NCBI GenBank assembly: GCA_964539765.1
Contig: CAZIJZ010000010.1
Location: 8,902 to 72,901 of the forward strand
Reading direction: 5' to 3'
Length of the DNA: 64,000 bases
From: an uncultured Smithella sp.
GTDB taxonomy: Bacteria; Desulfobacterota; Syntrophia; Syntrophales; Smithellaceae
Part shown: piece after piece, positions 48,487-57,732 of the stretch
Layout of the letters: every line of letters starts with the position of its first letter
Position numbering within the stretch: the first letter of the stretch is position 1
The notes under the pieces: generated by a model
Told to the model about the DNA's origin: nothing
Seen by the model: the letters and a program-made list of their open reading frames with translations, nothing else
Database searches by the model: none
Translations under genes and position numbers: made by a program

Positions 48487-49532
48487 GAACGCTCTACTCC
48501 TTTATGCAAGCGGGCAATGGAGTCGCGAAAAGGTTTTCTTAAAATTCCTTTTTCCGTGATGATTGCCGTGATCAACCTTGCGGGTGTCACATCGAACGCC
48601 GGATTGTAAACTTGTATTCCCTGCGGCGCGCTGCGGACGCCCCTGAAGCTGGTCACTTCTTCGCTGTTTCTTTCTTCAATGGGAATAGCCGCGCCTGTTT
48701 GTAAAGAAATGTCAATGGTGGAAAGCGGAGCGGCCACGTAAAATTTAACACCATGCGCCCGAGCAAGAACCGCCAGAGCATACGTGCCGATTTTATTGGC
48801 CGTATCGCCGTTGGCGGTGATTCTGTCCGCTCCCACGATAATCTTGTCAATTTTCCCCTGCTGCATCAGAAATCCCGCCATGTTATCCGTAATTAAAGTG
48901 CAGGGGATTTTTTCTTTTTTCAATTCCCAGGCGGTGAGTCTTGCTCCCTGCAGAACGGGTCTTGTTTCGTCCACGTAAACATGCAGTTTTTTACCCTGTT
49001 CGTGCGCCGCGCGAACAACGCCCAGCGCAGTACCGTATCCCGCTGTTGCCAGCGCGCCGGCATTGCAGTGGGTGAGGATGTTGTCACCGTCGGCAAAGAG
49101 TGAACGGCCGTTCTGACCCATCCGGCGATTGATGGCGATATCTTCCGCGCAGATCCGTTTTGCTTCACCCGTGAGCTCCTTGACCAGATGGACTTGATTT
49201 TTGTGATGGCTTTGGTCAGCGACTTTTTTCATGCGTTCCAGCGCCCAGAAGAGATTGCGTGCCGTCGGTCGCGCCTGAGCAATTTCGTCGCAAATGGTAA
49301 GAAACTTTTGCCGGAATTTTTTCTGAGATAAAGAGGGAAGGTTGATCGCGCCCAGAGCGGCGCCCATCGCGGCGGCGACGCCGATGGCGGGAGCTCCGCG
49401 CACGGTTAAATCTTTGATGCAGGCAATAACTTCTTTATATGATTTGCAGGTTATATATTTCTCGGCAAGCGGCAGAGCGTTCTGGTCAATAAAAACAACA
49501 GCGTTATTTTTCCAAAAAATTGTTTTAATCAT
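48483..49532 (-). CDS. mtnA: S-methyl-5-thioribose-1-phosphate isomerase (eIF-2B alpha/beta/delta-like family)
   Basis: V..IDQ..LP........C.........I....[13 protein letters not shown]...[18 protein letters not shown]...A......[17 protein letters not shown]. 349 aa. Confidence 0.85.
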   Translation of the reverse strand: MIKTIFWKNNAVVFIDQNALPLAEKYITCKSYKEVIACIKDLTVRGAPAIGVAAAMGAALGAINLPSLSQKKFRQKFLTICDEIAQARPTARNLFWALERMKKVADQSHHKNQVHLVKELTGEAKRICAEDIAINRRMGQNGRSLFADGDNILTHCNAGALATAGYGTALGVVRAAHEQGKKLHVYVDETRPVLQGARLTAWELKKEKIPCTLITDNMAGFLMQQGKIDKIIVGADRITANGDTANKIGTYALAVLARAHGVKFYVAAPLSTIDISLQTGAAIPIEERNSEEVTSFRGVRSAPQGIQVYNPAFDVTPARLITAIITEKGILRKPFRDSIARLHKGVERS

Positions 49533-50959
49533 CCGGCGAGCATCTTTTTAAGGAGTTCGTTAACCAATTGCGGGTTGGCGCTCCCCTTGGTTGCTTTCAT
49601 CACCTGACCGACAAAGAAACCGAAGACCTTTTCCTTTCCTCCGCGATACTCCGCAGCCTGCGCCTGATTGGCTTCAATGATGGAGGTGATGGTCTTGATC
49701 AGTTCTCCTTCATCCGTAATCTGTACCAATCCTTTTTCCTTAATAATGGTCTGCGGCGGCTTACCGGTCATGTACATATCTTCAACGATTTCTTTGGCCA
49801 TTTTCCCGCTGATGGCGCCTTCTTCAATCAGTTTGATCATCTCGGCCAGCGATTCGGGTTTGATGGGACATTGACGAATATCGCGTTTTTCCTCGTTGAG
49901 GAAACGCATTACATCACCCATAATCCAGTTACTGGCGACTTTAGGTTTGCCGCAGAGTTTGACCACCTCTTCATAGTAATGTGCCAGCGCCTTGTCGGCG
50001 GTTAATACACCGGCGTCATAGGCCGGAATCTGATATTCTTTGACAAATCTTTCCCGTTTGGCCAGCGGCAGTTCCGGAAGATCTTCTTTGATTTTTTCCA
50101 CCCAGACGTCATCAACCAGAATCGGCACCAGATCGGGATCGGGAAAGTAACGGTAGTCATGCGCTTCTTCTTTGCTGCGCATGGAATTGGTGACGCCTTG
50201 AGCGTCGTCCCAAAGACGTGTTTCCTGAACCACGGTCCCGCCGTTTTCCACAAGGTATTGCTGTCGCTTGATTTCATACTCCAGCGCGCGCTGTACATTG
50301 CGGAATGAATTCATGTTCTTTAATTCCGCTCTCGTGCCGAATTCTTTCTGGCCCTTGGGGCGGATGGAGACATTAGCGTCGCAGCGAAAAGATCCTTCCT
50401 CCATGTTGCCGTCGCAGATTTCCAGATAAACAAGAATCTCATGCAGCCTTTTGAGGTAATCCGCCGCTTCCTCGGGTGATCGCATATCCGGTTCGCTGAC
50501 GATTTCGATCAGTGGAACGCCGGTACGGTTCAAATCAACGTAGCTCGCCGGATTGTGTTCATCGTGCAGAAGTTTTCCGGCATCTTCCTCCATGTGGATT
50601 CTGGTGATGCCGATTTTCTTTTGCTCTCCGTTGACGTCCAACATGACATGGCCGTGTTCCGCCAGCGGATAGGCGTATTGGGATATCTGATAACCTTTGG
50701 GCAGGTCCGGGTAAAAATAATTCTTGCGGGCGAACTCACAGGATTTGTTGATGATACAGTTTGTTGCCAGCGCCATCTTCATGGCGTATTCCACGACTTT
50801 TTTATTCAGCACCGGGAGTACGCCGGGCATGCCCAGACAAACCGGGCATGTGTGGCTGTTGGGCGCTCCGCCGAACTTGGTGGAACAGCCGCAGAAAATT
50901 TTCGTATCCGTTAACATTTGGGCGTGAACTTCCAGCCCGATGACTGTTTCAAAATCCAT
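49529..50959 (-). CDS. gatB: Asp/Glu-tRNA(Asn/Gln) amidotransferase subunit B
   Basis: FE.VIGLEVH.Q..T.TKIFC.C...FG..PN...CPVCLG.PG.LPV.N. C-terminal YqeY-like GatB domain. Confidence 0.96.
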   Translation of the reverse strand: MDFETVIGLEVHAQMLTDTKIFCGCSTKFGGAPNSHTCPVCLGMPGVLPVLNKKVVEYAMKMALATNCIINKSCEFARKNYFYPDLPKGYQISQYAYPLAEHGHVMLDVNGEQKKIGITRIHMEEDAGKLLHDEHNPASYVDLNRTGVPLIEIVSEPDMRSPEEAADYLKRLHEILVYLEICDGNMEEGSFRCDANVSIRPKGQKEFGTRAELKNMNSFRNVQRALEYEIKRQQYLVENGGTVVQETRLWDDAQGVTNSMRSKEEAHDYRYFPDPDLVPILVDDVWVEKIKEDLPELPLAKRERFVKEYQIPAYDAGVLTADKALAHYYEEVVKLCGKPKVASNWIMGDVMRFLNEEKRDIRQCPIKPESLAEMIKLIEEGAISGKMAKEIVEDMYMTGKPPQTIIKEKGLVQITDEGELIKTITSIIEANQAQAAEYRGGKEKVFGFFVGQVMKATKGSANPQLVNELLKKMLAG

Positions 50960-52416
50960 TACAGCGACGGCCTCCTCTTTTCAATTTTCGCGTTTTTCTC
51001 GTAGGCAGAGGCGATTTGAATGAGTTTTCCTTCTTCAAAATGGCCGGCCAGAAACTGCACGCCGATCGGCAGACCGCCGGCTGTAAATCCGCAGGGAACG
51101 GAGATGCCCGGTATTCCCGCCAGATTGGTTGATATGGTGAACACATCGGAAAGATACATCTGCAGGGGATCATCCGTTTTTTCGCCGATTTTGAAAGCGG
51201 GTGTCGGAGTGGTGGGCGTCATAATCACGTCGCAAATTTTGAACGCCTCGTCAAAATCGCGCTTGATGAGAGAGCGCACCTGGGAAGCTTTTTTATAATA
51301 GGCGTCATAATAACCCGCGGATAAGGCATAGGTGCCGATCATGATTCTTCTTTTGACTTCCGCGCCAAAGCCCTGCATGCGCGTTTTTCTGTACATTTCC
51401 AAAAGCTCGCGAACATCGGATGCTCTGAAGCCATATCGGACACCATCGTAGCGCGCCAGATTGGAACTGGCTTCCGCCGGTGCAATAATATAATATGTCG
51501 CCACACAGTATTGCGTGTGCGGCAACGAAATATCCACACACTGGCCGCCGCTTTGTTCGATGACCTTCATGGCCGTTTTGATGGCGCTGTCCACTTCGGC
51601 ATCAATGCCTTCGATAAAATATTCCTTGGGAATCCCTATTTTCCAGCCTTTAATATCGCGTCCCGCAAAATGCGTATAATCGGGAACTTCCGCGTTCACG
51701 GATGTCGATTCCCTAGGATCATAACCGGCCAGCACATTCATCATAATGGCGCAGTCTTCCACATCCTTGGTAAAAGGGCCGATCTGATCCAGCGAGGACG
51801 CGAACGCGATCAGACCGAAGCGGGAAACCCGCCCGTACGTGGGTTTCAAACCGACAATGCCGCAGAGCGCGGCCGGTTGGCGGATCGATCCGCCGGTATC
51901 GGAACCGATGGACGCGATGCATTCATCGGCCGCAACCGCTGCCGCGGAGCCGCCGCTGGAGCCGCCGGGAATTCTTTCCAGATCCCACGGATTGCGGGTC
52001 GGACCGAAATACGAAGTTTCCGTGGAAGAGCCCATGGCGAATTCATCCATGTTGGCCTTGCCGACAAATACGGCTCCGCCGTCTTTAAGCTTTTCCACGA
52101 CGGTAGCGTTATAGGGTGGAACAAAATTATGCAGGATGTGCGAGCCGCAGGTGGTGGGAATACCTTTGGTGCAGACAATATCCTTCAATGCAATGGGAAT
52201 GCCGGTTAATGGCTTGATGTCGCCTTTTTTAATATCGTCATCCGCTTTTTGGGCGGCAACGAAGGCCTGTTCCTTCAGCAGGCGGATGTAGGAATGCACC
52301 CGTTCTTCCACGGCATCGATTCGTGAAAACACGGATTCGGTAATTTGAGTCGCCGTCGCCGAGCCGTCTTTAATTTTTTTCTGCAGTTCGTGAATGGTTA
52401 ACTGATTTAACTCCAT
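50959..52416 (-). CDS. gatA: Glutamyl-tRNA(Gln) amidotransferase subunit A
   Basis: Amidase signature [13 protein letters not shown]......[12 protein letters not shown]. 485 aa. Lies between gatC and gatB. Confidence 0.96.
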   Translation of the reverse strand: MELNQLTIHELQKKIKDGSATATQITESVFSRIDAVEERVHSYIRLLKEQAFVAAQKADDDIKKGDIKPLTGIPIALKDIVCTKGIPTTCGSHILHNFVPPYNATVVEKLKDGGAVFVGKANMDEFAMGSSTETSYFGPTRNPWDLERIPGGSSGGSAAAVAADECIASIGSDTGGSIRQPAALCGIVGLKPTYGRVSRFGLIAFASSLDQIGPFTKDVEDCAIMMNVLAGYDPRESTSVNAEVPDYTHFAGRDIKGWKIGIPKEYFIEGIDAEVDSAIKTAMKVIEQSGGQCVDISLPHTQYCVATYYIIAPAEASSNLARYDGVRYGFRASDVRELLEMYRKTRMQGFGAEVKRRIMIGTYALSAGYYDAYYKKASQVRSLIKRDFDEAFKICDVIMTPTTPTPAFKIGEKTDDPLQMYLSDVFTISTNLAGIPGISVPCGFTAGGLPIGVQFLAGHFEEGKLIQIASAYEKNAKIEKRRPSL

Positions 52417-52473
52417 AATCTCCCTAAATCTTTGATTGATATTTCAGGTGTTAAAAGATTCCAGATGTATTTG

Positions 52474-52764
52474 CTAATCGATAACTTTCGGCACCCGGAA
52501 GAACTCGCCCCGCGCGTCCGGCGCGTTAGCCAGGGAATTCTCCGTGCCGATTGAGTTCCGTATTTTGTCTTCGCGAAACGCGTTGGTTACGGCAATCGCA
52601 TGGCTCATCGGCTCCACGCCTTTGGTTTCCAGCTCACTTAATTTATCGATGTATAACAGAATATCGTTGAGCTGGGAGGTGAATTTTTCCTTCTCTCCCT
52701 CCGTTATTTCCAGGCGTGCCAGATGGGCCACATATTCAACTTCACGGGAACTTATTTTCAACAC
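52474..52764 (-). CDS. gatC: Asp/Glu-tRNA amidotransferase subunit C
   Basis: 96 aa. V..VA.LARL......E.F..QL..IL.Y...L.E.DT..VEP. Directly upstream of gatA. Confidence 0.92.
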   Translation of the reverse strand: MLKISSREVEYVAHLARLEITEGEKEKFTSQLNDILLYIDKLSELETKGVEPMSHAIAVTNAFREDKIRNSIGTENSLANAPDARGEFFRVPKVID

Positions 52765-52791
52765 GATCTCCTTCTAACTCCGATAAACGCA

Positions 52792-53880
52792 CTAAAATAC
52801 TTTCCAGTACGGGTTTATTTTTGCGACAACTTTGTCGATAATTAACTCACTGGTTTTTTCATCCACTTCTTGTTCCAGCAGAGACAGTCTTTCATCCGAA
52901 AAATGCGTTTCGTCCAGCATTTCGTTCAGCACGGCTTTCACCGATTTGACCAGTCCGCCCAGATGATAACCCCCTTCCAGCACCGCGACAAAACGTCCCT
53001 GACAACAGGCGTCGGCAATGTTCAGCAATATGCGCGTCATCGCGGCATATCCTTCGGGCGTGACTTTCATCCCGCCCAGCGGATCCTGATAGTACGTATC
53101 GAAACCGGCCGATAACAAGACCAGTTCCGGCTTGAATTCCATTGCCACCGGTTGGAGAATCTTGCGAAATATTTTGACGAAGGCGGCGTCGCCCACCGAC
53201 ATCGTCAGCGGAACATTGATGGTGTAATATTCACCCTGTCCCCGGCCGCTTTCCGAAAGGCTCCCCGTTCCCGGATAATAGGGGTATTGGTGCGTGGAAA
53301 AGTACAGAATGCGCTGATCACCATAAAAGCTGTGCTGGGTGCCGTTGCCGTGATGCAAATCCCAGTCAACGATTAATATTTTTTTAAATTTATGCTTTTC
53401 GATGGCATGCATGGCGCCGATGGCGATGTTATTGAAAATGCAAAAACCGGCAGCCGTGTCTCTCTCCGCGTGATGTCCGGGAGGGCGCACAAACGCGAAA
53501 GCGTTATCCACCGTGCCTTCAACAACGCTGTCAATGGCGTTGCACACACCGCCGGCGGCCAGTTTGGCCGCTTCGTAAGATTCCGGAGAAGTCGATGTGT
53601 CGGGATCGAGGAAAACGCTCCGCTTGCCTGCGGTGCTGGCAATAAATTCTACATAGGAGCGGGCATGAATCATTTCAATTTCTTCGTGAGTTGCTTCACG
53701 CGGCTCGATTTGCGTGAATTTCCAGGATATTAGCGGATTGTCCAGCATTTCATAGATGACGGCGAGTCTTTCCGGGCATTCGGGATGAGCAAAGCCCATC
53801 GAATGCTGCATATACCTTCCATCCTTGACAATGCCTGTTTTTCTGGACAAGAGAACCTTCTTTCTTGAGAAAAAATTCAA
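52792..53880 (-). CDS. Histone deacetylase-family protein (class II HDAC / acetylpolyamine amidohydrolase-like)
   Basis: HPE.P.R, RPPGHHA, FC.FNN.A, DWD.HHGNGTQ..F, GGY. The start is a TTG at 53880 with no clear RBS, so the 5' end is uncertain. Confidence 0.85.
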   Translation of the reverse strand: MNFFSRKKVLLSRKTGIVKDGRYMQHSMGFAHPECPERLAVIYEMLDNPLISWKFTQIEPREATHEEIEMIHARSYVEFIASTAGKRSVFLDPDTSTSPESYEAAKLAAGGVCNAIDSVVEGTVDNAFAFVRPPGHHAERDTAAGFCIFNNIAIGAMHAIEKHKFKKILIVDWDLHHGNGTQHSFYGDQRILYFSTHQYPYYPGTGSLSESGRGQGEYYTINVPLTMSVGDAAFVKIFRKILQPVAMEFKPELVLLSAGFDTYYQDPLGGMKVTPEGYAAMTRILLNIADACCQGRFVAVLEGGYHLGGLVKSVKAVLNEMLDETHFSDERLSLLEQEVDEKTSELIIDKVVAKINPYWKVF

Positions 53881-54099
53881 TTAGAATACAGGTTCCGCTT
53901 ATCACAAATAATTCCAAAGAGCAAAAGAAATCACGATATTAAAAGGAATAAAAAAAATAAAAACGTACTTTTTTGTTCCGTTGGGAAATGTTGGATAATG
54001 GTGTAAAAATTACGTTTTTTCCGGCGACAAAAAACATTGACAAAAACGGCAATCAATATATAGGTATACCTAATTGAGAAAACAGGGGACATACGAAAA

Positions 54100-54345
54100 A
54101 TGTTTGGCATAGGAATGCAGGAACTTTTGATTATCGCGGTTATCGCGCTCCTGGTTGTCGGTCCGAGGAAATTGCCCGATCTGGCCAAGTCTCTGGGCAA
54201 GGGATTCAGTGAATTCCGGAGGGCGGCTGACGGAGTGACTGAAGATATTAAGCAGGCGGTCAAAGAAGACGAAAAACCGAAAAATGATGATGACTGGAAA
54301 GATTCTCTCTTAATGAAGAAGCCCGGCAATGAAGATAAACACTGA
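54100..54345 (+). CDS. tatA: Twin-arginine translocase TatA/E-family protein
   Basis: MFGIGMQELLIIAVIALLVVGPRKLPDLAKSLGKG..EFRRA is the canonical TatA/B N-terminus. Confidence 0.92.
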   Translation: MFGIGMQELLIIAVIALLVVGPRKLPDLAKSLGKGFSEFRRAADGVTEDIKQAVKEDEKPKNDDDWKDSLLMKKPGNEDKH

Positions 54346-54422
54346 TTCATCTGAATAAATATCCTAAATAAATTAACAATCCTCTCACATTTTAAAACTG
54401 AAAACAGGCAAAACGTTTAACG

Positions 54423-55187
54423 ATGGAAACAACGCAAGCGACCGAAGATAATAAAATGTCTCTGACCGATCATTTAATGGAGCTTCGGAAAAGACTCAGC
54501 CGTTCATTGATAGCGCTGGGCATCGGTTTTTTGGTCTGTTACTACTTTAAAGAGTCCATCTTCGAGATTATTACCAGACCGCTGACCCGGGTTCTGGCGA
54601 AGAATAGTTATCTTATTTATACCGGCTTGACGGAAGCGTTTTTCACTTACATGAAAATAGCGTTTTTTGCTGCGCTGATCATCACCAGCCCGTTTATTCT
54701 TTATCAAATATGGAAATTCATTTCACCGGGACTTTTACCCAGGGAAAAGAAATATGTCGTGCCCTTTGTCATTTCCTCTTCTTTCCTCTTTATCGGCGGG
54801 ATTGTGTTCGGGTACTTCATCGTTCTGCCCACGGCATTTGAATTTTTTGTCAGTTTTAATAATGAATATTTGAAGGCGATGTTATCTTTTAAAGATTATC
54901 TGTCTCTTTTTGTTACTTTTTTGTTGGGATTCGGCATATCTTTCGAGTTGCCGATCTTTATATTTTTTCTGACCAAAATCGGTATCGTCAACGCTCAAAT
55001 GCTTTCCAAACAACGCCGATACGCTATTCTGATTATTTTTCTAGTTGCCGCCGTACTGACGCCTTCGCCGGATGCCTTGAGTCAGATATTAATGGCAATT
55101 CCCCTGATGTTCCTGTATGAAATAAGCATCTTTGTTTCCAAATTTGCCGAAAAAAAGAAAATAGAATCTGCACATGATGAGAGGTAA
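54423..55187 (+). CDS. tatC: Twin-arginine translocase subunit TatC
   Basis: MSLTDHL.ELRKRL......I......Y........P........L....E.F......A.......P...YQ.W.F..PGL...E. Six TM helices. 254 aa. Confidence 0.94.
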   Translation: METTQATEDNKMSLTDHLMELRKRLSRSLIALGIGFLVCYYFKESIFEIITRPLTRVLAKNSYLIYTGLTEAFFTYMKIAFFAALIITSPFILYQIWKFISPGLLPREKKYVVPFVISSSFLFIGGIVFGYFIVLPTAFEFFVSFNNEYLKAMLSFKDYLSLFVTFLLGFGISFELPIFIFFLTKIGIVNAQMLSKQRRYAILIIFLVAAVLTPSPDALSQILMAIPLMFLYEISIFVSKFAEKKKIESAHDER

Positions 55188-55199
55188 CCGCTAAAAATT

Positions 55200-57224
55200 A
55201 TGTTTCTGCGCCGCAAAAGATCCAATAAAAAAAACGAAGGGGAAGTAAGAAAACTTTCACTGCTTTTTAATATATTTCTGGGGATCATCGTCTTTATTCT
55301 GATGGTCATGGTTACCGGCGTAATCGGATTCTATGCTTTCACCATGGATTTGCCGGGCATTGACGCCCTCAAAGATTATCGTCCCAGCATTTCCTCCCGT
55401 GTTTACGATGACAAAAACGAACTGATTGATGAATTTTTCCTGGAGGACAGAAAACTCATCAAAATTAACGAAGTTCCCCGGGTTGCGATCCAGGCATTTG
55501 TTGCCGCCGAGGATTCCCGCTTTTTCGCACACAAGGGTTTTGATGTGCAAAGCATTTTCCGGGCGGTTTTTAAAAATCTCGAAGCGGGCCACATCATCCA
55601 GGGAGGTAGCACCATCACACAGCAAGTGGCCAAGATGATGTATCTTTCTCCCGAAAAAAAATATACCCGTAAATTCAAAGAAGCCATTCTCGCTTATAAG
55701 ATCGACCGGTATCTGACCAAAGATGAAATTCTTAATTTATATTTAAACCAGATTTACCTCGGACATGGAACCTACGGTTTGGAATCGGCGTCTCTCGGTT
55801 ATTTCGGAAAGAGCGCGCGGGAGTTAAAATTGCATGAAGCGGCTCTGCTGGCCGGTATGCCGAAAGCTCCCAGCAATTATTCCCCTTTTCTTCATTACGA
55901 CAAAGCCAAGCAGAGACAGTATTACGTTCTTACGCGCATGGCGGAGGACGGCTACATTTCCAGAGGGCAAATGGAACAAGCCTACAAGGCTCCGCTGAAC
56001 CTGCGTGCAATCAGGCCCAAAGATAAAATGGCGGCTTATTTTGTCGAAAACGTTCGCCGTTATGTTCAGGAAAAATATGGCGCCGATGTTTTGTATAAAG
56101 AAGGTCTTTCCATTTATACGACGCTGGATCTGAATGCCCAGAAATATGCCGGCGAAGCGATGGAACGGGGGTTGAAGGAACTGGAAGAAAGAAATAAGTA
56201 TCGGCCGGGTCTTGTTCAGGGCGCGCTTTTTTGTATGGACGTGAAAACAGGCGCTATTCGTGCGATGGTCGGCGGGCGTGACTTCAATAAAAGCGAATTC
56301 AATCGCGCGACACAATCGCGGCGGCAACCCGGATCGGCTTTTAAACCGATCATTTATACGGCGGCTTTTGATAAAGGCATGACGCCGGCAACCGTATTCG
56401 AGGACGCTCCGATTGCCGTGAATGACGTGTCTCAGGAAAACGGCGTCTGGAGCCCGAAAAATTTCGACGGCAAATTTATGGGGCCGATTACCATGAGAAC
56501 CGCTCTTGTCCTGTCCCGCAATGTCGTCACGGTTAAAATTTTGCAGGAAATCGGAATCGACTACGCGATATCGTACGCCATGAACATGGGGATCACTTCA
56601 CCTCTGGATCACGCATTATCTCTGGCATTGGGTGTCTCCGGTGTGACCTTACAGGAACTCGTGCAGGTTTATAGCGTCCTCGCCAACCAGGGGCAGAAGG
56701 TAACGCCTTACTTCATAAAGAAGATTGTTGACCGCACGGGCAATGTTTTTGAGGAAACAAAAGTTCAGCCGGAGCAGGTCATCGATCCGCGCATTGCGTA
56801 TATCACGACGCATGTTATGCAGGATGTTGTTACAATGGGCACCGGTACGAGAGTCAGAAGCATCGGCCGGCCGGTTGCCGCGAAAACCGGAACGACCAAT
56901 GACACGCGCGACGCCTGGTTTATCGGCATGACCCCTTCATTGATTGCCGGAGTCTGGGTCGGTTTTGACCAGGAAGCTTCTCTCGGGTCACAGGAAGTCG
57001 GAGGAAGATCGGCGGCTCCCATTTGGCTTTATTTCATGGAGAAGGCTTTACAGAAGACACCGGTGGAGTCATTTCCCGTTCCGGAAGGCATTGTCTTTGA
57101 AAAAATAAATTCCAAGACGGGAGAACCTGCCGGAGCTTCGGAAAAAGGGACCAATGAAGCCTTTCTGCAGGGAACGTCACCGGGCAGCAGCCTGAGTGAC
57201 GGAATAAAGGGCCTGTTTCACTGA
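55200..57224 (+). CDS. mrcA: Penicillin-binding protein 1A (bifunctional glycosyltransferase/transpeptidase)
   Basis: GT51 motifs AAEDSRFFAHKGFD, GGSTITQQ, KEAILAYK.E. Transpeptidase motifs SAFKP (SxxK), SRN, KTGTTND. Confidence 0.92.
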   Translation: MFLRRKRSNKKNEGEVRKLSLLFNIFLGIIVFILMVMVTGVIGFYAFTMDLPGIDALKDYRPSISSRVYDDKNELIDEFFLEDRKLIKINEVPRVAIQAFVAAEDSRFFAHKGFDVQSIFRAVFKNLEAGHIIQGGSTITQQVAKMMYLSPEKKYTRKFKEAILAYKIDRYLTKDEILNLYLNQIYLGHGTYGLESASLGYFGKSARELKLHEAALLAGMPKAPSNYSPFLHYDKAKQRQYYVLTRMAEDGYISRGQMEQAYKAPLNLRAIRPKDKMAAYFVENVRRYVQEKYGADVLYKEGLSIYTTLDLNAQKYAGEAMERGLKELEERNKYRPGLVQGALFCMDVKTGAIRAMVGGRDFNKSEFNRATQSRRQPGSAFKPIIYTAAFDKGMTPATVFEDAPIAVNDVSQENGVWSPKNFDGKFMGPITMRTALVLSRNVVTVKILQEIGIDYAISYAMNMGITSPLDHALSLALGVSGVTLQELVQVYSVLANQGQKVTPYFIKKIVDRTGNVFEETKVQPEQVIDPRIAYITTHVMQDVVTMGTGTRVRSIGRPVAAKTGTTNDTRDAWFIGMTPSLIAGVWVGFDQEASLGSQEVGGRSAAPIWLYFMEKALQKTPVESFPVPEGIVFEKINSKTGEPAGASEKGTNEAFLQGTSPGSSLSDGIKGLFH

Positions 57225-57293
57225 ACCTGACTATAAACATTTGTTGATCGCTCTGGTCTAAGCGGCAACCGTCGTTGTCTGAAAAAAATATTG

Positions 57294-57322
57294 TTGACAA
57301 GCTTTATTTTTTTCGTTATTAA
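57294..57322 (+). promoter_or_regulatory. Sigma-70-type promoter P1 of the ilv leader
   Basis: TTGACA (57294-57299), 17 nt, TATTAA (57317-57322). It lies 23-32 nt upstream of the leader-peptide start candidates. Confidence 0.55.
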
Positions 57323-57344
57323 ATTCGGAAGTTGATTCAATGGA

Positions 57345-57455
57345 ATGAATTTTATGTTTCTTAAAGTTATGGAAAGCGGCGTTGTCCGGATACTGAACAG
57401 AGCCCTGGTACTCGTAGTAGTCGTACTTACGGGGTCTGCCGCTCTGTATCTTTAA
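57345..57455 (+). CDS. ilv operon leader peptide (Val/Leu-rich, 36 aa from the ATG at 57345; in-frame alternative ATGs at 57354 and 57369)
   Basis: Translation: MNFMFLKVMESGVVRILNRALVLVVVVLTGSAALYL*. It has 8 Val and 7 Leu, including four consecutive Val codons GTA GTA GTC GTA (57414-57425). Alternative hairpins and terminators follow immediately, and ilvBNC lies downstream. Confidence 0.7.
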   Translation: MNFMFLKVMESGVVRILNRALVLVVVVLTGSAALYL

Positions 57456-57556
57456 GAAATCAAAATAAAAGATACAAGCCGCAGGCCCCTGAAGCCGGCG
57501 GCTTTGTTGTTTTTGGCATAAAGCCGCTTTTTCTCAAGGAAACAGGCGGCTTTTTT
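57399..57556 (+). promoter_or_regulatory. Transcription attenuator with two tandem intrinsic terminators
   Basis: Mutually exclusive pairings:
- 0:1, AGAGCCC (57399-405) with GGGGTCT (57431-37).
- 1:2, GGGGTCTGC (57431-39) with GCAGGCCCC (57481-89).
- 2:3, AAGCCGCaGGC (57476-86) with GCCgGCGGCTT (57494-504), followed by TGTTGTTTTT. This is terminator 1.
- 3:4, GCGGCTTT (57498-505) with AAAGCCGC (57520-27).
- 4:5, AAGCCGC (57521-27) with GCGGCTT (57546-52), followed by a T run. This is terminator 2. Confidence 0.65.
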
Positions 57557-57564
57557 AGTTTAAT

Positions 57565-57646
57565 GAGACTTGGCCTTTTTAAGGCACAGCCGAAAAAAGG
57601 CCTTAGCCGAATTATCCTGAACGAGTGTAACGAGTCGAAAGATCTT
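57565..57646 (+). repeat. Hairpin element family, copy E (inside the ilvB 5' leader, downstream of the attenuator)
   Basis: GAGAC (57565-69), tt, stem GGCCTTTTT (57572-80) / AAAAAGGCC (57594-602). Loop AAGGCACAGCCGA. tt, then AGCCGAATTATCC (57605-17), then TGAACGAGTGTAAC. A second flank-like motif AGTCGAAAGATCT is at 57634-46. Confidence 0.7.
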
Positions 57647-57732
57647 TTTAGAAATGAATGACATCGGCCACATTGAGGTAAAGTCGTTAACAAGGGTTTA
57701 TTTATAAATTAAAATTTTCAGGGAGAAAGGGA

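Noticed and set aside
54037-54065. TTGACA at 54037-54042 upstream of tatA as a promoter.
   Set aside because: No convincing -10 lies at 16-18 nt spacing (ATAGGT or TATAGG). The region is AT-rich, so a confident call is not possible from sequence alone.
57581-57593. The GGCAC or AGCAC in the conserved loops could be a sigma-54 -24 element, given that an NtrC-family activator is encoded in the window.
   Set aside because: No TTGC (-12) element lies at the required spacing in any copy: AGGCAC-N5-AAAA, AAGCAC-N5-CTGA. I also saw no TGGCAC-N5-TTGC match in the intergenic regions I read.
57460-57693. A 77-aa minus-strand ORF covering the ilv attenuator and element copy E.
   Set aside because: It overlaps terminator hairpins and repeats, and its openness comes from palindromic sequence. 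It has no RBS, and a leader, attenuator and repeat explain the region fully.
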